Source: Trichormus sp. ATA11-4-KO1
GTDB lineage: Bacteria; Cyanobacteriota; Cyanobacteriia; Cyanobacteriales; Nostocaceae
DNA: 56,892 nt
Reading direction: 5' to 3'
Assembly (NCBI GenBank): GCA_019358915.1
Contig: JAHHIM010000029.1
Span: 1 to 56,892, forward strand
Shown: positions 29,606-40,454 of the stretch, one piece after another
Layout of the letters: the number at the start of each line of letters is the position of its first letter
How positions within the stretch are numbered: position 1 is the stretch's first letter
Program-made: the position numbers and the translations under genes
Notes under the pieces: generated by a model
Told to the model about the DNA's origin: nothing
Databases searched by the model: none
Seen by the model: the letters and a program-made list of their open reading frames with translations, nothing else

Positions 29606-31851
29606 AACAAGGTAAATAATGGCTGAAGTTGATTCAAACCTGGCAAGTTGCCGCATAACAGCACTTGGTCACCAACTCGTAAGTCTGTGCTGTCATCAGG
29701 ATGGCGGATAAACTTGCCATCTCGGCGCATTGCCTGTACCTTTACTTCTGATTTCTGGTGGATATCTAAATCTGCAATGGTTTTACCGAGAATGGGAGAA
29801 TCCGTATTGATTGTAATCCACTGACAAGCGCTATTTTCCCCAGGAACAGCCACTTTTCCTTGGGCGAATTCTTCTAAAGCTGCCAATTCCTCTGATGCTC
29901 CTACCACCAGCAGGCGATCGCCCGCTTCTAATCTGGTTTGTGCATTGGGGTAATCAATTTCTTCTTCGTTAGCGCGGCGAATCGCCATCAAGCTCACCCC
30001 TGTTAAGTAGCGCACATCTGCTTCTTCTAAGCTCATACCAATCAGAGGTGAATCGGACGGTAGGGGATACCAACGGCGATTTAAATCGCGAGTTGCTTGC
30101 TGTAAATCACGAGCAACTTCTGATGGCGATCGCTCTGGTCGTAATGCTAAGTAATGATTGTTGCGAATTTGCTGCATTTCCCGTTGCGCTACCATTGATG
30201 GCAAGCCTAAGCCAGTTAATAAATAAGTTGCCATTTCTAAGCTGGCTTCAAATTCTGGTTGTACTACTTCCCTAGCTCCCAGCTGATAAAGGACTTCAAT
30301 ATCTTTATCTTGGGTAGCACGGACAACTAAATCTAATTCGGGACACAATTCTAAAGCTCGTTTCAAGGAAAGACGGGTACTCATGGGGTCAGGAAGGGCG
30401 ATCGCCATTCCTTTGGCATGGTTTACCCCAGCAGTTTCCAGAACGTGGAGACTAACACAGTTACCATAGACATAAGGTACTCCCGCCTCACGTAGCTGTT
30501 GGATTCTTCTTTCTGATTGGTCGATGACCACCACAGGTAGATCGTGTTGTTGTAACAACTTGACTAGATTCTTACCTACTCGCCCATAGCCGCAGACTAC
30601 TACATGACCTTTTGAGGGTAAATCTTCTGAGACATCGCGCGGATAGACTTCTTCTAAATACGGTCTCAGCCAGGGCATTGATTCAGCAAAGTTAAATAAA
30701 AATGGTACCAACCGCAGAACAAAAGGAGTCAGCATGAGTGTGACTGCTGTGGTTCCTAATATCAACAAATACACCCGCCGAGAAACTAAGCCCAAAGCCT
30801 GCCCTTCACTAGCCAGAACAAAGGAAAATTCCCCAATCTGTGCTAGTCCTAACCCAGCAATCAAGGCTGTCTTCAATGGGTAGCGAAACAGCTTCACTAG
30901 GGGTGTGATAATGAGAAACTTACCGACAAAAACCAGTGCCACTAAACCTAAAATTAATTCCAGATTGTTCCACAAAAACACTGGGTCAATTAACATGCCA
31001 ATAGCAGCAAAAAATAAACTAGCAAAAATATCTCGCAGTGGTTCTACATAAGTTAGGGTTTGGTCGGCGTACTCCACCTCAGAAATCATCAAACCAGCGA
31101 CAAACGCCCCCATCTCAATGGATAACCCTAAATATTCCGTCAGCAGGGCAATACCTAAACACAGCGTTACTACTCCTAATAAAAATAGTTCTCGGCTTTC
31201 AGTGCGGGCGAGAATTCGCAACAAACGCGGTATTAGCCAAATCCCCGCTACCACAGCACCTCCAGCAAATAAAGCCAGCCGCAGCAACGCTGTCAGGACT
31301 GCAAAGCCAATAGTTTCTGCTGGTTGATTGAGGGCTGGTAAGACGGCGATCATCAGTCCCAATGCCAAATCTTGCACTACCAACATCCCCAGCATCACTT
31401 GTCCGTGGGGTGTTTCCGTTTCGTTGCGTTCCATTAAGCACTTGAGGACAACTGCTGTAGAAGACAACGACAAAATTGACCCCAAAAACACGCCCTTAGC
31501 CGGTAAATCTTCCCAAAACCCCGTGATTCCGCACAAGAAAACTGTGACTGCGATCGTTAGGGCAATTTGTAACCCACCGCCTCCCAAGGCGATCGCCTTC
31601 ACTTTTTTCAGTTCTGCAAAGGAAAATTCTACCCCCAAGGCGAATAACAAAAAGGCCACCCCAAATTGGGCCAGAGTTTCTACTTGAATAACTTCTTTGA
31701 TCAGCCCCAGTCCAGCTGGCCCGACAATCATTCCACCGATGAGATACCCTAGCAGCACAGGTTGCCGTAACAGTGAAGCCAACAGTCCACCACAGGCGGC
31801 GACGGCGAGAACTGAAACTAAATCAACAATTAGTCTAAAATCTTCCTGCAC
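29602..31851 (-). CDS. CPA2 cation:proton antiporter with TrkA-N and two TrkA-C domains (KefB/C-like)
   Basis: LSSTAVV, QDL, QIGEFSFV, CGYGRVG, C-terminal RCK_C repeats. Confidence 0.92.
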   Translation of the reverse strand: MQEDFRLIVDLVSVLAVAACGGLLASLLRQPVLLGYLIGGMIVGPAGLGLIKEVIQVETLAQFGVAFLLFALGVEFSFAELKKVKAIALGGGGLQIALTIAVTVFLCGITGFWEDLPAKGVFLGSILSLSSTAVVLKCLMERNETETPHGQVMLGMLVVQDLALGLMIAVLPALNQPAETIGFAVLTALLRLALFAGGAVVAGIWLIPRLLRILARTESRELFLLGVVTLCLGIALLTEYLGLSIEMGAFVAGLMISEVEYADQTLTYVEPLRDIFASLFFAAIGMLIDPVFLWNNLELILGLVALVFVGKFLIITPLVKLFRYPLKTALIAGLGLAQIGEFSFVLASEGQALGLVSRRVYLLILGTTAVTLMLTPFVLRLVPFLFNFAESMPWLRPYLEEVYPRDVSEDLPSKGHVVVCGYGRVGKNLVKLLQQHDLPVVVIDQSERRIQQLREAGVPYVYGNCVSLHVLETAGVNHAKGMAIALPDPMSTRLSLKRALELCPELDLVVRATQDKDIEVLYQLGAREVVQPEFEASLEMATYLLTGLGLPSMVAQREMQQIRNNHYLALRPERSPSEVARDLQQATRDLNRRWYPLPSDSPLIGMSLEEADVRYLTGVSLMAIRRANEEEIDYPNAQTRLEAGDRLLVVGASEELAALEEFAQGKVAVPGENSACQWITINTDSPILGKTIADLDIHQKSEVKVQAMRRDGKFIRHPDDSTDLRVGDQVLLCGNLPGLNQLQPLFTLF

Positions 31852-32217
31852 AAGTTTTTCAAAGAACTATTAAGACCTATTAAACTCAGGATACAAAGTT
31901 TTATATATCTGCGGGTAGTTTAGCAGCGTTGACTTTTCATTAAAAAAACTGCTGCTGGTATAGCGGGGCGTAGCCATGTTAAATCCTGAAGTGATCCGAA
32001 AACTCCCTTTTCTCTGGGTTATGGCTTTTAAAGTATTATTTGATACTTATGTTCGCTTTCAAACTAGTCGCAAGAGAGAAGATTCCAGTAAGCCTCAACC
32101 AACACTATATATCCTGGGGTTGAATTTGTAAGATTGGTGGCAATCAAGCGCACCACTAACATGACCCTGAGGAAATTTTGATATTACAGTAATGCCAATT
32201 TTTTTGAGGAGGAATTT

Positions 32218-33105
32218 ATGCCAGTAAATTATGGAAATGAAACCTTTTATTCTGTAGAAGAGTTATCTCAACCTACTAACATTCCCATTAGAGAATTAAA
32301 GAATTTTGTTGATCATGCTGTGCATACAAATCTTCAACTGAAAGACATACAGGGTATACCTCATATTAATAAACATGACCTAGACATTCTTTTTGAAAGC
32401 CTTTTCTTGTTCAAAGGTATACCAGATGATCGAGAACATAAAATCCCCGATTATCTAAATAATTGTACATCCCCTTGGGCTACCACTTTAATTAAAATGT
32501 ACAATAACAAAATAAACTTTCCGGCTGCTGTATCACCAGAACAAGGCGAATTTCTCAAAAGTATAGTTTGCAACATTAACCCAAATAATATTTTAGAAAT
32601 TGGTTGTTTTACAGGTATTTCTACAATCTGGATGGCTGCTGGATTAGAGCAAATAGCCAGTCAAACTACTATTCATGCTGTTGATTTATTTAATGAGATT
32701 TTGCCGTGGCTACCTCATCGCTATGGATATTTGAGCGATCCTCTTGATTATGCTCAAACTTGTGCATTATCTGCTCAGTTATCACATAGGATTAAGTTTC
32801 ACAAAATGAATTCTCTAGAAATGGGCAAAAGATTTAATGAATTAATTAATCAACCTATTGATTTCTTATTTATTGATGGTGACCATACTAGAGAAGGTTG
32901 TATGAGTGACTTTATGAATTTTTATCCTTTTGTATCCAAGGGAGGATATATCATGTTACATGATATTTATCCTGAAGATTGTGGCTGGGATGGGCCAAGA
33001 TACGTAATCGATGAATGGATTAGCAAAAACTCCAATTTGGGGTTAGTAGAAATTAAGACGAGTCCTTGCAATTTTGGTATGGCATTAATCCGTAAATTGG
33101 TGTAA
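32218..33105 (+). CDS. Class I SAM methyltransferase (Methyltransf_24-like) with possible N-terminal HTH
   Basis: LEIGCFTGIST, DFLFIDGDHT, GGYIMLHD; strong GAGGAGG Shine-Dalgarno; AT-rich. Confidence 0.85.
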   Translation: MPVNYGNETFYSVEELSQPTNIPIRELKNFVDHAVHTNLQLKDIQGIPHINKHDLDILFESLFLFKGIPDDREHKIPDYLNNCTSPWATTLIKMYNNKINFPAAVSPEQGEFLKSIVCNINPNNILEIGCFTGISTIWMAAGLEQIASQTTIHAVDLFNEILPWLPHRYGYLSDPLDYAQTCALSAQLSHRIKFHKMNSLEMGKRFNELINQPIDFLFIDGDHTREGCMSDFMNFYPFVSKGGYIMLHDIYPEDCGWDGPRYVIDEWISKNSNLGLVEIKTSPCNFGMALIRKLV

Positions 33106-33168
33106 AGTTGGCTTGATGCCAGTCGCCTGATTCGGGCTAATCTTCCCGCAACGCTAGATATAAAAAAG

Positions 33169-34338
33169 TTAAATAATTTTGACCTTGCTAGCAGCTTGAG
33201 TAGCTTTTTCTCTGGCCTCTTGTACATTATCACCTTGAGCTAAAGCTACTCCCATACGTCGATAAGGATGAGCGCTAGGTTTACCAAATAATTTAATATC
33301 TACATCTGGTGCTGATAAAGCCTCAGCTACACCTGTAAACGTCACAGAATCTGATTTTTCTGAAGCTAAAATTACGGCACTAGCTGACGCTCCCAACTGC
33401 TTGATGAGAGGAATTGGTAAACCTAAAATGGCTCGTAGATGCAGTTCAAATTCATTCAAATTTTGCGAAATTAATGTCACCATCCCTGTGTCATGAGGTC
33501 TGGGAGAAAGCTCCGAAAAAATAACTTCTTCTTTAGTGATAAAAAATTCCACACCAAATATGCCTGCTCCGCCTAAAGCATCAGTAACTTTTTTGGCTAT
33601 TGCTTGAGCTTGTAATATTTTTTCTTCAGCAATACCTGCTGGTTGCCAAGACTCTTGATAATCTCCTCTTGCTTGACGATGACCAATAGGAGAACAGAAA
33701 ATAGTCGGTGCATTCCACTGTTTAATTGTCAGCAAAGTTATTTCGATTTCAAAATTAACAAATTCTTCAACTATGACCTTTTGACTATCACCTCTAGAAT
33801 TAGCGATCGCATAATTCCATGCTGTTTCAACTTCACTGTTATTTTGTACTACAGACTGACCTTTGCCAGAGGATGACATCACAGGTTTAACAACATTAGG
33901 AAAGCCAATTTCCTCAGAAACGGCAATCAATTCTGCTAAGGTAGAAGCATAACCATATTTAGCAGTTCTAATGCCTAATTCCTGATGTGCTAATTCCCTA
34001 ATTCTATCGCGGTTCATTGTATAGTTAGTCGCTGCCGCAGTCGGGATAACTGTAATTCCTCGCTGTTCAAATTCCCGCAGTTTCTCTGTTCTAATCGCTT
34101 CAATTTCGGGAATGATCAAATTAGGTTGATGCTTCGTAACCACAGCTTCTAAATCATCAGCACTCAGCATAGAAATAACTTCACAACAGTCAGCAACTTG
34201 CATAGCTGGCGCATTAGCATAGCGGTCAACCGCAATCACATAATTACCCAGTCGTTGGGCAGCAATGACAAACTCTTTGCCTAGTTCTCCTGAACCCAGC
34301 AGCATCAGTTTTTGGGGTAGCTTTATTGAATTATTCAT
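33169..34338 (-). CDS. purT: Formate-dependent phosphoribosylglycinamide formyltransferase
   Basis: LLGSGELGKE, KPVMSSSGKGQS, GDYQESWQP, SPRPHDTG, RRMGVAL. Confidence 0.96.
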   Translation of the reverse strand: MNNSIKLPQKLMLLGSGELGKEFVIAAQRLGNYVIAVDRYANAPAMQVADCCEVISMLSADDLEAVVTKHQPNLIIPEIEAIRTEKLREFEQRGITVIPTAAATNYTMNRDRIRELAHQELGIRTAKYGYASTLAELIAVSEEIGFPNVVKPVMSSSGKGQSVVQNNSEVETAWNYAIANSRGDSQKVIVEEFVNFEIEITLLTIKQWNAPTIFCSPIGHRQARGDYQESWQPAGIAEEKILQAQAIAKKVTDALGGAGIFGVEFFITKEEVIFSELSPRPHDTGMVTLISQNLNEFELHLRAILGLPIPLIKQLGASASAVILASEKSDSVTFTGVAEALSAPDVDIKLFGKPSAHPYRRMGVALAQGDNVQEAREKATQAASKVKII

Positions 34339-34395
34339 TAATTTATCCAGGCTAATTGCTAAATTTTTCCTCAAATTAAAAGTTTATCTGGCAAT

Positions 34396-34944
34396 TCATG
34401 TATTCAGTGGAGTGGATAAACCATCAATACTGAGCAGATTTTTCTGCTGTTGATATGCTTTAATTTCTTGTTCACCTTTTTTATTAGCCCAGGTGACTAA
34501 ATTCTGGCGCTGACCCTGATATTCATAGAGTGGTACACCAAAACCACAAGAGGTTTGTACACGCTCGATATCAGCGACGATAATTTGACGCGTTCCTGGA
34601 AGTTGTGGAAATAAAGAGTATAAGGAGTGCCAGTCAGGAGAACTGGGTAAAATAGTGTATCCCTGACCGTAAAGACGCAGAATTAGTGGGGATTTATCAA
34701 AGGCACAAAACATGAAAGTGATGCGCCCATTTTCTTGCAGGTGGGCTGAGGTTTCGTTACCACTGCCAGTGAGATCCAGGTAAGCTACTTTCTGAGGAGA
34801 GAGGAGGCGAAAACAGTCCAATCCTTTGGGAGACAGGTTAACGTGACCGATAGGACTTAAAGGTGCAGAACCAACAAAAAACAAATGTTGGGTAGCAATA
34901 AAGTTTTGCAGTTCCTCAGTAATATAGTCAAAAACTTTAGCCAT
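34396..34944 (-). CDS. Pyridoxamine 5'-phosphate oxidase-like FMN-binding protein
   Basis: NLSPKG, DLTGSGNET, MFCAF, QTSCGFGVP. Confidence 0.85.
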   Translation of the reverse strand: MAKVFDYITEELQNFIATQHLFFVGSAPLSPIGHVNLSPKGLDCFRLLSPQKVAYLDLTGSGNETSAHLQENGRITFMFCAFDKSPLILRLYGQGYTILPSSPDWHSLYSLFPQLPGTRQIIVADIERVQTSCGFGVPLYEYQGQRQNLVTWANKKGEQEIKAYQQQKNLLSIDGLSTPLNT

Positions 34945-35058
34945 GTACTGTCTAATTTATTTGGTAAATGTCCCATATTTTCAGCCTATTTCTTAGCTGG
35001 CAATCAAGCAAGGCTTGACTTTTGGCCTAATGTGGGGAAGGGAGACTAAGGAGATCAG

Positions 35059-35976
35059 GTGAAAACTCCTATGCAGCAGATAAATAGTGAGATTGCCTAC
35101 CGCGCTGGTGTGGAGTTGTCTGTACTGCGCCTTGATTGTTTGCACCCATTGGTTAACGGTAACAAATGGTTTAAGTTGAAATACAATCTCCTAGAGGCAA
35201 AGCAGCAAAATTTGACGACATTGCTTACCTTTGGCGGTGCTTATTCCAATCATATCTTTGCAACTGCGGCAGCTGGAAATCTCTTGGGATTCCGCACCAT
35301 TGGTGTGATCCGTGGGGAAGAGAGATTACCACTCAATCCCACATTGAGTTTTGCTGTACAGCAAGGTATGCAGCTTGTGTACCTCAACCGTGAGAGTTAT
35401 CGACAACGGCACACAAGCGAACTACAAAAAGACTTGCGGCAATGCTTTGGTGAGATATTCATCATTTCTGAAGGCGGTAGCAACTTGAATGGCGTTCGCG
35501 GCTGCACAGAAATAGTTGGCGAGGTAGAAGAGGCATTTAATATCATCTGCTTAGCTTGTGGTACGGGGACAACATTGGCCGGAATCACACTTTCACTCAA
35601 TCAAAAACAACGAGTAATTGGTTTTCCTGTGTTGAAAAACGGGGGCTTTCTCACACAAGAAATCGCCAGTCTGCTAGAGAATTATCTTGCCTCTGGGCTA
35701 CCTGCACCAAATAACTCTCCAGCAGCTTGGGAATTGGTTTGTGATTATCATATGGGCGGTTATGCCAAGGTAAATGACGAGCTGGTAATGTTCCGCCAGC
35801 AATTTGAGCAGGCACATGGTATACCTCTTGATTACGTATATACTGCAAAAATGTTTTATGGAGTGATGGATTTGCTACAGCAGGGATTTTTTCACAAAGG
35901 CGATCGCTTGCTGTTAATACACACAGGAGGTTTGCAGGGTAATATCGGCATGGAGGAGCAACTTATCAAAAAGTAA
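35059..35976 (+). CDS. ACC deaminase/D-cysteine desulfhydrase family PLP enzyme
   Basis: GNKWFKLKYNL, TFGGAYSNH, ACGTGTT, LDYVYTAK, HTGGLQG. Confidence 0.9.
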   Translation: MKTPMQQINSEIAYRAGVELSVLRLDCLHPLVNGNKWFKLKYNLLEAKQQNLTTLLTFGGAYSNHIFATAAAGNLLGFRTIGVIRGEERLPLNPTLSFAVQQGMQLVYLNRESYRQRHTSELQKDLRQCFGEIFIISEGGSNLNGVRGCTEIVGEVEEAFNIICLACGTGTTLAGITLSLNQKQRVIGFPVLKNGGFLTQEIASLLENYLASGLPAPNNSPAAWELVCDYHMGGYAKVNDELVMFRQQFEQAHGIPLDYVYTAKMFYGVMDLLQQGFFHKGDRLLLIHTGGLQGNIGMEEQLIKK

Positions 35977-36046
35977 ACTTTCCGCGCTAAAACTAACAGC
36001 AGCACAGATAATTGCCTCAAAGTTCAAAGATCAGGAGAAGCCCAAG

Positions 36047-36559
36047 ATGTATTTCCCGCGTGTACCTAAAATTTTAGCTGGTTTGTTGCTGTCAGTTTTA
36101 CTACTGACTACAGCCTGTACTCCACAAGAACCCGGTCGTTTTGACCAGGTGCAGCAAGAAAGTAGCCAACAAAAAAGAGGTCAAGCAGTTGTCGAAACCG
36201 CCACTCAAGGAGGGGAATTTAATAAATTCTTCCCCTCGACTGACGATGGCTACCAGCGCGTATTTACCCAAGAGAAAAAAGGGTTTGCAGAAGCAAAGTT
36301 GAAAAAAGACGGCAAAGATTTGGCCATGTTAGCTATCTCTGATACCAGTAGCACACCGTCAACAGCTGCTAGTTACTCTAATAGCACCAAAAAAATTGCT
36401 GGTTATCCGGCGCGGGAAATTGGTAATACTCAAACGGCGGTACTGGTGAATAACCGCTACCAAGTAAAAGTACTTTCTCGTGATCCGTCATTTAGCGCTA
36501 GCGATCGCGCCGATTGGATAGAAAAATTTAATCTTGATGGCCTGGCGCAATTGAAATAA
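36047..36559 (+). CDS. Hypothetical lipoprotein
   Basis: Lipobox LTTAC after a hydrophobic signal; AGGAG Shine-Dalgarno. Confidence 0.8.
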   Translation: MYFPRVPKILAGLLLSVLLLTTACTPQEPGRFDQVQQESSQQKRGQAVVETATQGGEFNKFFPSTDDGYQRVFTQEKKGFAEAKLKKDGKDLAMLAISDTSSTPSTAASYSNSTKKIAGYPAREIGNTQTAVLVNNRYQVKVLSRDPSFSASDRADWIEKFNLDGLAQLK

Positions 36560-36577
36560 ACAACCTTAAATCAGGAG

Positions 36578-37471
36578 ATGATTGTGAGCAAACCAATTTT
36601 TGAGTTGGTTGATGAATTGCCAACTAGCGGCTTGACTATTTCTATGTTGAACTCTCTCGATTTTGTCGCTCCTGGTCAGTGGCAAAATACTGTGGGTTTT
36701 GTCAACACTATTAAGACGGTTACTGGTGAAACTGATGAAGATTTAATACAACAAATTGGCGAAAGAGCGATTTATCTTTACAATGATCGCTCTCAAGGTT
36801 ACCAACGAGCTATGTGGCTTTATCAAACCGTTGACAGTACAGATAAAGCTCTTGGTGCAGCAGCTTTGGCTAATAAAGTTGGGGAGAAAATACCTCTATT
36901 AGGTTTTTTAAATGCAGTTACTCCCAAACCAGACAAAGCTCAAACCATTGATTTGTGCCTGAAATTAGTGACTGAATTAGTAGCTTTTTGCCAAATTAAC
37001 GGCATTCCCGGAGACAGCATCGGAGATTTTGTTGCCTCCTTGGGTGAGTATAGTGGTGAGTCGCTGATGCGGATGGTAGCTTTAGTTTGTGTTGATGGTT
37101 TGATCCCCTTAGGCCCAGACTTTATTAACAAAGCATTATCTGGAATTAATCAAATGAACCCACAAGAGTTAGAAAAAAACTCGACTTTCCAGAACATCAA
37201 AGATGTAATTCCCGGTAGCAATACTGGCAGTAAACTCAACTTTATTGGCGAAAGCTTTGACTCAGTTAAAGGTTGGATGGGTGGACTAGTTACCGCCAAT
37301 AATTTAACGCCACAAAAAGTAGTTAACAACTTGCAAAGTTTTGTTCAACTTGCTGATGATAAGTTAGATTACCTAGCAGCATTCTTAGATGTAGCTACAA
37401 ATTACTACGAACATACAGGTACACAAACCTTGGCACGTCGCTTGATTGAACGAGCGGTGGCGGAAATTTAG
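36578..37471 (+). CDS. Conserved hypothetical protein, probably co-transcribed with the lipoprotein
   Basis: 297-aa ORF 18 nt after the previous gene, with AGGAG Shine-Dalgarno. Confidence 0.8.
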   Translation: MIVSKPIFELVDELPTSGLTISMLNSLDFVAPGQWQNTVGFVNTIKTVTGETDEDLIQQIGERAIYLYNDRSQGYQRAMWLYQTVDSTDKALGAAALANKVGEKIPLLGFLNAVTPKPDKAQTIDLCLKLVTELVAFCQINGIPGDSIGDFVASLGEYSGESLMRMVALVCVDGLIPLGPDFINKALSGINQMNPQELEKNSTFQNIKDVIPGSNTGSKLNFIGESFDSVKGWMGGLVTANNLTPQKVVNNLQSFVQLADDKLDYLAAFLDVATNYYEHTGTQTLARRLIERAVAEI

Positions 37472-37649
37472 GTTAATGGGTGGTAATGGCTTATCCTTGA
37501 CTTAGTTCACAGCTTGTTGCCCTTTGAGTATCTGCCTCTGTAGACGTGACATGGCTGCCTTACTTTTGTCTGCTATTTTTTTCCTCTTGATTCTTTTTTC
37601 TTTACTCCCTTTACTTGATTTTTTGGTGAGCGATACGCTCTCTTTTTAA

Positions 37650-37879
37650 GAGGATGTTTGAAAAGTCCGATTGTCGGTAGCAAAACATTCTAGATCCCCC
37701 TAAATCCCCCTAAACCCCTTCGGGGATGCGCCTTCGGCGTAGCAAAAGGGGAACTTTAATTCCAATTCCTGCCTTAAAAAGGGGGGCTAGGGGGATCTCC
37801 AATTCCTGCCTTAAAAAGGGGGGCTAGGGGGATCAATAAGTGCCTAAAATCATAGCCGATCACTTTTAAAACAACCCTC
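37650..37879. mobile_element. 230-bp non-autonomous MITE with IS5/IS1031-type ends and TAA target duplication
   Basis: TAA-GAGGATGTTTGAAAAGT...ACTTTTAAAACAACCCTC-TAA; the left end is 16/17 identical to the IS end at 56771; internal 37-bp tandem duplication at 37761-37834. Confidence 0.8.
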
Positions 37880-37930
37880 TAAGACAGTCGCTACTTTTTT
37901 GCTTTCACCAAAGCCATACAAGAGCGCTAA

Positions 37931-40267
37931 TTAATTCACAGCACAAGATGCAGAATTAAGCGCTGGACTATGGTGGCTGACAGTAGGTGTCTGAGCGACT
38001 AAAACCACATTACCATTGGCATCTATCACCCACCCTTGGGCTTCCACAATTTGCTTAGGACTATTGACAGAATCTGCTGCTGTGTGCATCGGCTCCTGCA
38101 TACGCTCAGTACGATTCTCACCGCCAGCCTCTAATGGAATCCAATCGGCCAGCACCGTATCATTCATCAACGTCTCTGTAGGATTGGTTGCTATTCCTCC
38201 ACGTCCTGTGACCACAAATGAACCCCTTTTGAAGGCTCCTCCAGAATGGCAGCCAGTGGCGATTTGCTGGGAAACATTAACTATATTTATCGGCAGTTCT
38301 ACTAATCCTTTGTTGGGATCAACATCCGGCGTGTTAATTTCTACATTGCCACTTAGTGAAGGGTTTTGCAAAGAAAACGCCGTGATGTCACTTGTTGGTA
38401 GGTTACTTGGTTGTAGTTGCTCTGGATCTTCGGTTCCTAATAGCCTAATTAAGTCTGCGCGCGTGCGCGGCACAAATCCAAATATGCTATTAGTGTTGAT
38501 TGTGATTGTACCGCCAGAGCCAGAGAAGGCATTGGCAGTGATATCGCTATTTTCTAAAGGAGCAGCAACAATAAAACCTTTAGGTGCATCAATGGTTATA
38601 TTACCGCCATTCCCTGGAGCCTGTGACGTGCCTGCATTAGTTGATATTTGACTTTCGCGGCGCATGAGTAACAAGTCTCGCACCTGTAGCGTAATATCTC
38701 CGCCTTGACCTAATTCACTATTAGATGAAAGTTTGCCTTGGTCGTCTAGCAGTATAGAGTTAGCAGTGACATTTAATTCACCTGCTCTTCCTAGAATGGG
38801 TGTATTTCCTGGATATGTGTAACCCTGACCAACTCTACTACTGACACTGATTTCCGCCCCACCCCGGATCATCAATTGCCCTGTGGTAATTTTTATCTGT
38901 CCGGCATCTCCAGAAGTGTTGGTTGAAGCAAATAAACCACTATTCACATTGACGTTGCTTGCTGTGCCAATTAGTGCTATGTACTCGGAGGCGTTCACAA
39001 TCAAATCTCCGCCTGCTCCTGTACCTGGGATTAATTGAAAATTCCTCAACGATGCGACAGAATCTGTTGCTATTTCTGCGCCATCTTGTATTAATAACTT
39101 GCCAGTATTGATGATTATATCACCTGCTTTTCCCGCAACAGTAGTTGAACTCAATAATCCACTAGTTCTCACTTCATCAGTATTTGGCAAGGAAAAAGCA
39201 CCAATTAGTTCTACTGTTTCAGAAGCATTTACAGTTAAGTTTCCTCCATCACCCGTACCTCTAGTCAAGGTAGATACTGCTGCACCATCCCGAATACTTA
39301 ATTTTCTGGCATTAATAGTTATGTCTCCACCATTTTTTGTACCTGTAGCCTGAGTTCTTAAGCGAACAGGAAAACCGATTAATTCAACAATATCACCCTG
39401 TACTTGGATATTACCTTTATTACCTTCGCTGTTACTAGCATCTACCTGAGATGGAATATTCAAACCGTCAACAGTTCGCTGAATTAGTTGAATATTCTGG
39501 AAATTTTGGACATTTTCGTATCCCAAAATCCAACCTTGATTCGTTGGATTCAAACTGACTAGACTATTGGCAGCGACACTTCCTAACTCAATTCGTCCAG
39601 ATGCTGCTGTTAAATTTCCACCCTCTAGAATGATATCACCGCCTACAAGTGCTAAGGTTTTGTCTGGTTGCACTTGTAGACCAACAGCGTTACTGTCACC
39701 ATTTAGTCTTGCTTGCGATTGATTGCGGATGGGATTGGCAATAGCGCCAAATTGTAAGCCAACGGGTACGCTGACTGTGAGTAGAGGAGTTGTTTGAGTA
39801 TCTGTAATACTAAACTTACTACCATCAGCAAAGTTCAGACTACTGGCCGTACTCGCCACGAATGACCCTCCGATATCTAATGCAGCATGAGAACCAAAAA
39901 TAATGCCATGAGGATTAATCAAAAATAAGTTGGCTGTGCCATTAGTTCTGAGAATACCGTCAATATGAGAAATATGATTACCTGTTACCCGGCTAATAAT
40001 ATTTTGAATATCCGCAGTATTTTTAAACTCAACTGTAATATTTTTAGGAACAGAAAACTCGTCAAAGCTGTGGAATAAGTTCATTCCAGCACGAGTTCCA
40101 CCTTCAATAGTTTTGGTATTATCCTGTGTTGTAATTACAGAATTACTAGGTAGAGTACCATCTGGAGTGATTTGAGCAATGGCAAAGTTGCCATTGAAAA
40201 TTATCGCACTACTTATGGCATACCCTATACTTTTAAACAAGTTCCCAAAAGTACTCATACTTATCAT
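37931..40267 (-). CDS. Filamentous haemagglutinin N-terminal (TPS) domain exoprotein
   Basis: Signal ending AIA-QITPD, NLFHSF, NLFLINPHGIIFG, beta-helix repeats (GxGGDITI), cyanobacterial C-terminal TGRGG...EAQGW...C. Confidence 0.9.
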   Translation of the reverse strand: MISMSTFGNLFKSIGYAISSAIIFNGNFAIAQITPDGTLPSNSVITTQDNTKTIEGGTRAGMNLFHSFDEFSVPKNITVEFKNTADIQNIISRVTGNHISHIDGILRTNGTANLFLINPHGIIFGSHAALDIGGSFVASTASSLNFADGSKFSITDTQTTPLLTVSVPVGLQFGAIANPIRNQSQARLNGDSNAVGLQVQPDKTLALVGGDIILEGGNLTAASGRIELGSVAANSLVSLNPTNQGWILGYENVQNFQNIQLIQRTVDGLNIPSQVDASNSEGNKGNIQVQGDIVELIGFPVRLRTQATGTKNGGDITINARKLSIRDGAAVSTLTRGTGDGGNLTVNASETVELIGAFSLPNTDEVRTSGLLSSTTVAGKAGDIIINTGKLLIQDGAEIATDSVASLRNFQLIPGTGAGGDLIVNASEYIALIGTASNVNVNSGLFASTNTSGDAGQIKITTGQLMIRGGAEISVSSRVGQGYTYPGNTPILGRAGELNVTANSILLDDQGKLSSNSELGQGGDITLQVRDLLLMRRESQISTNAGTSQAPGNGGNITIDAPKGFIVAAPLENSDITANAFSGSGGTITINTNSIFGFVPRTRADLIRLLGTEDPEQLQPSNLPTSDITAFSLQNPSLSGNVEINTPDVDPNKGLVELPINIVNVSQQIATGCHSGGAFKRGSFVVTGRGGIATNPTETLMNDTVLADWIPLEAGGENRTERMQEPMHTAADSVNSPKQIVEAQGWVIDANGNVVLVAQTPTVSHHSPALNSASCAVN

Positions 40268-40454
40268 ATTGAATCTGGTGTGTTAAGTTTTATTTTTTAC
40301 TAAAATTTACAAAAATCTCAGTTTAAATAAAACACTGTAGAGGCACAATAAGATTATTGTGCCTCTAAGAAAATACCAGATTTTTTTCAATTAAAGATGT
40401 TGCTGATTATTCAAGGTAGAGATAGTATCAATTAAGTTGACGTAATATCAAGAC

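Noticed and set aside
38016..39353. 211-aa and 84-aa plus-strand ORFs
   Set aside because: Antisense to the FHA-domain gene and without motifs.
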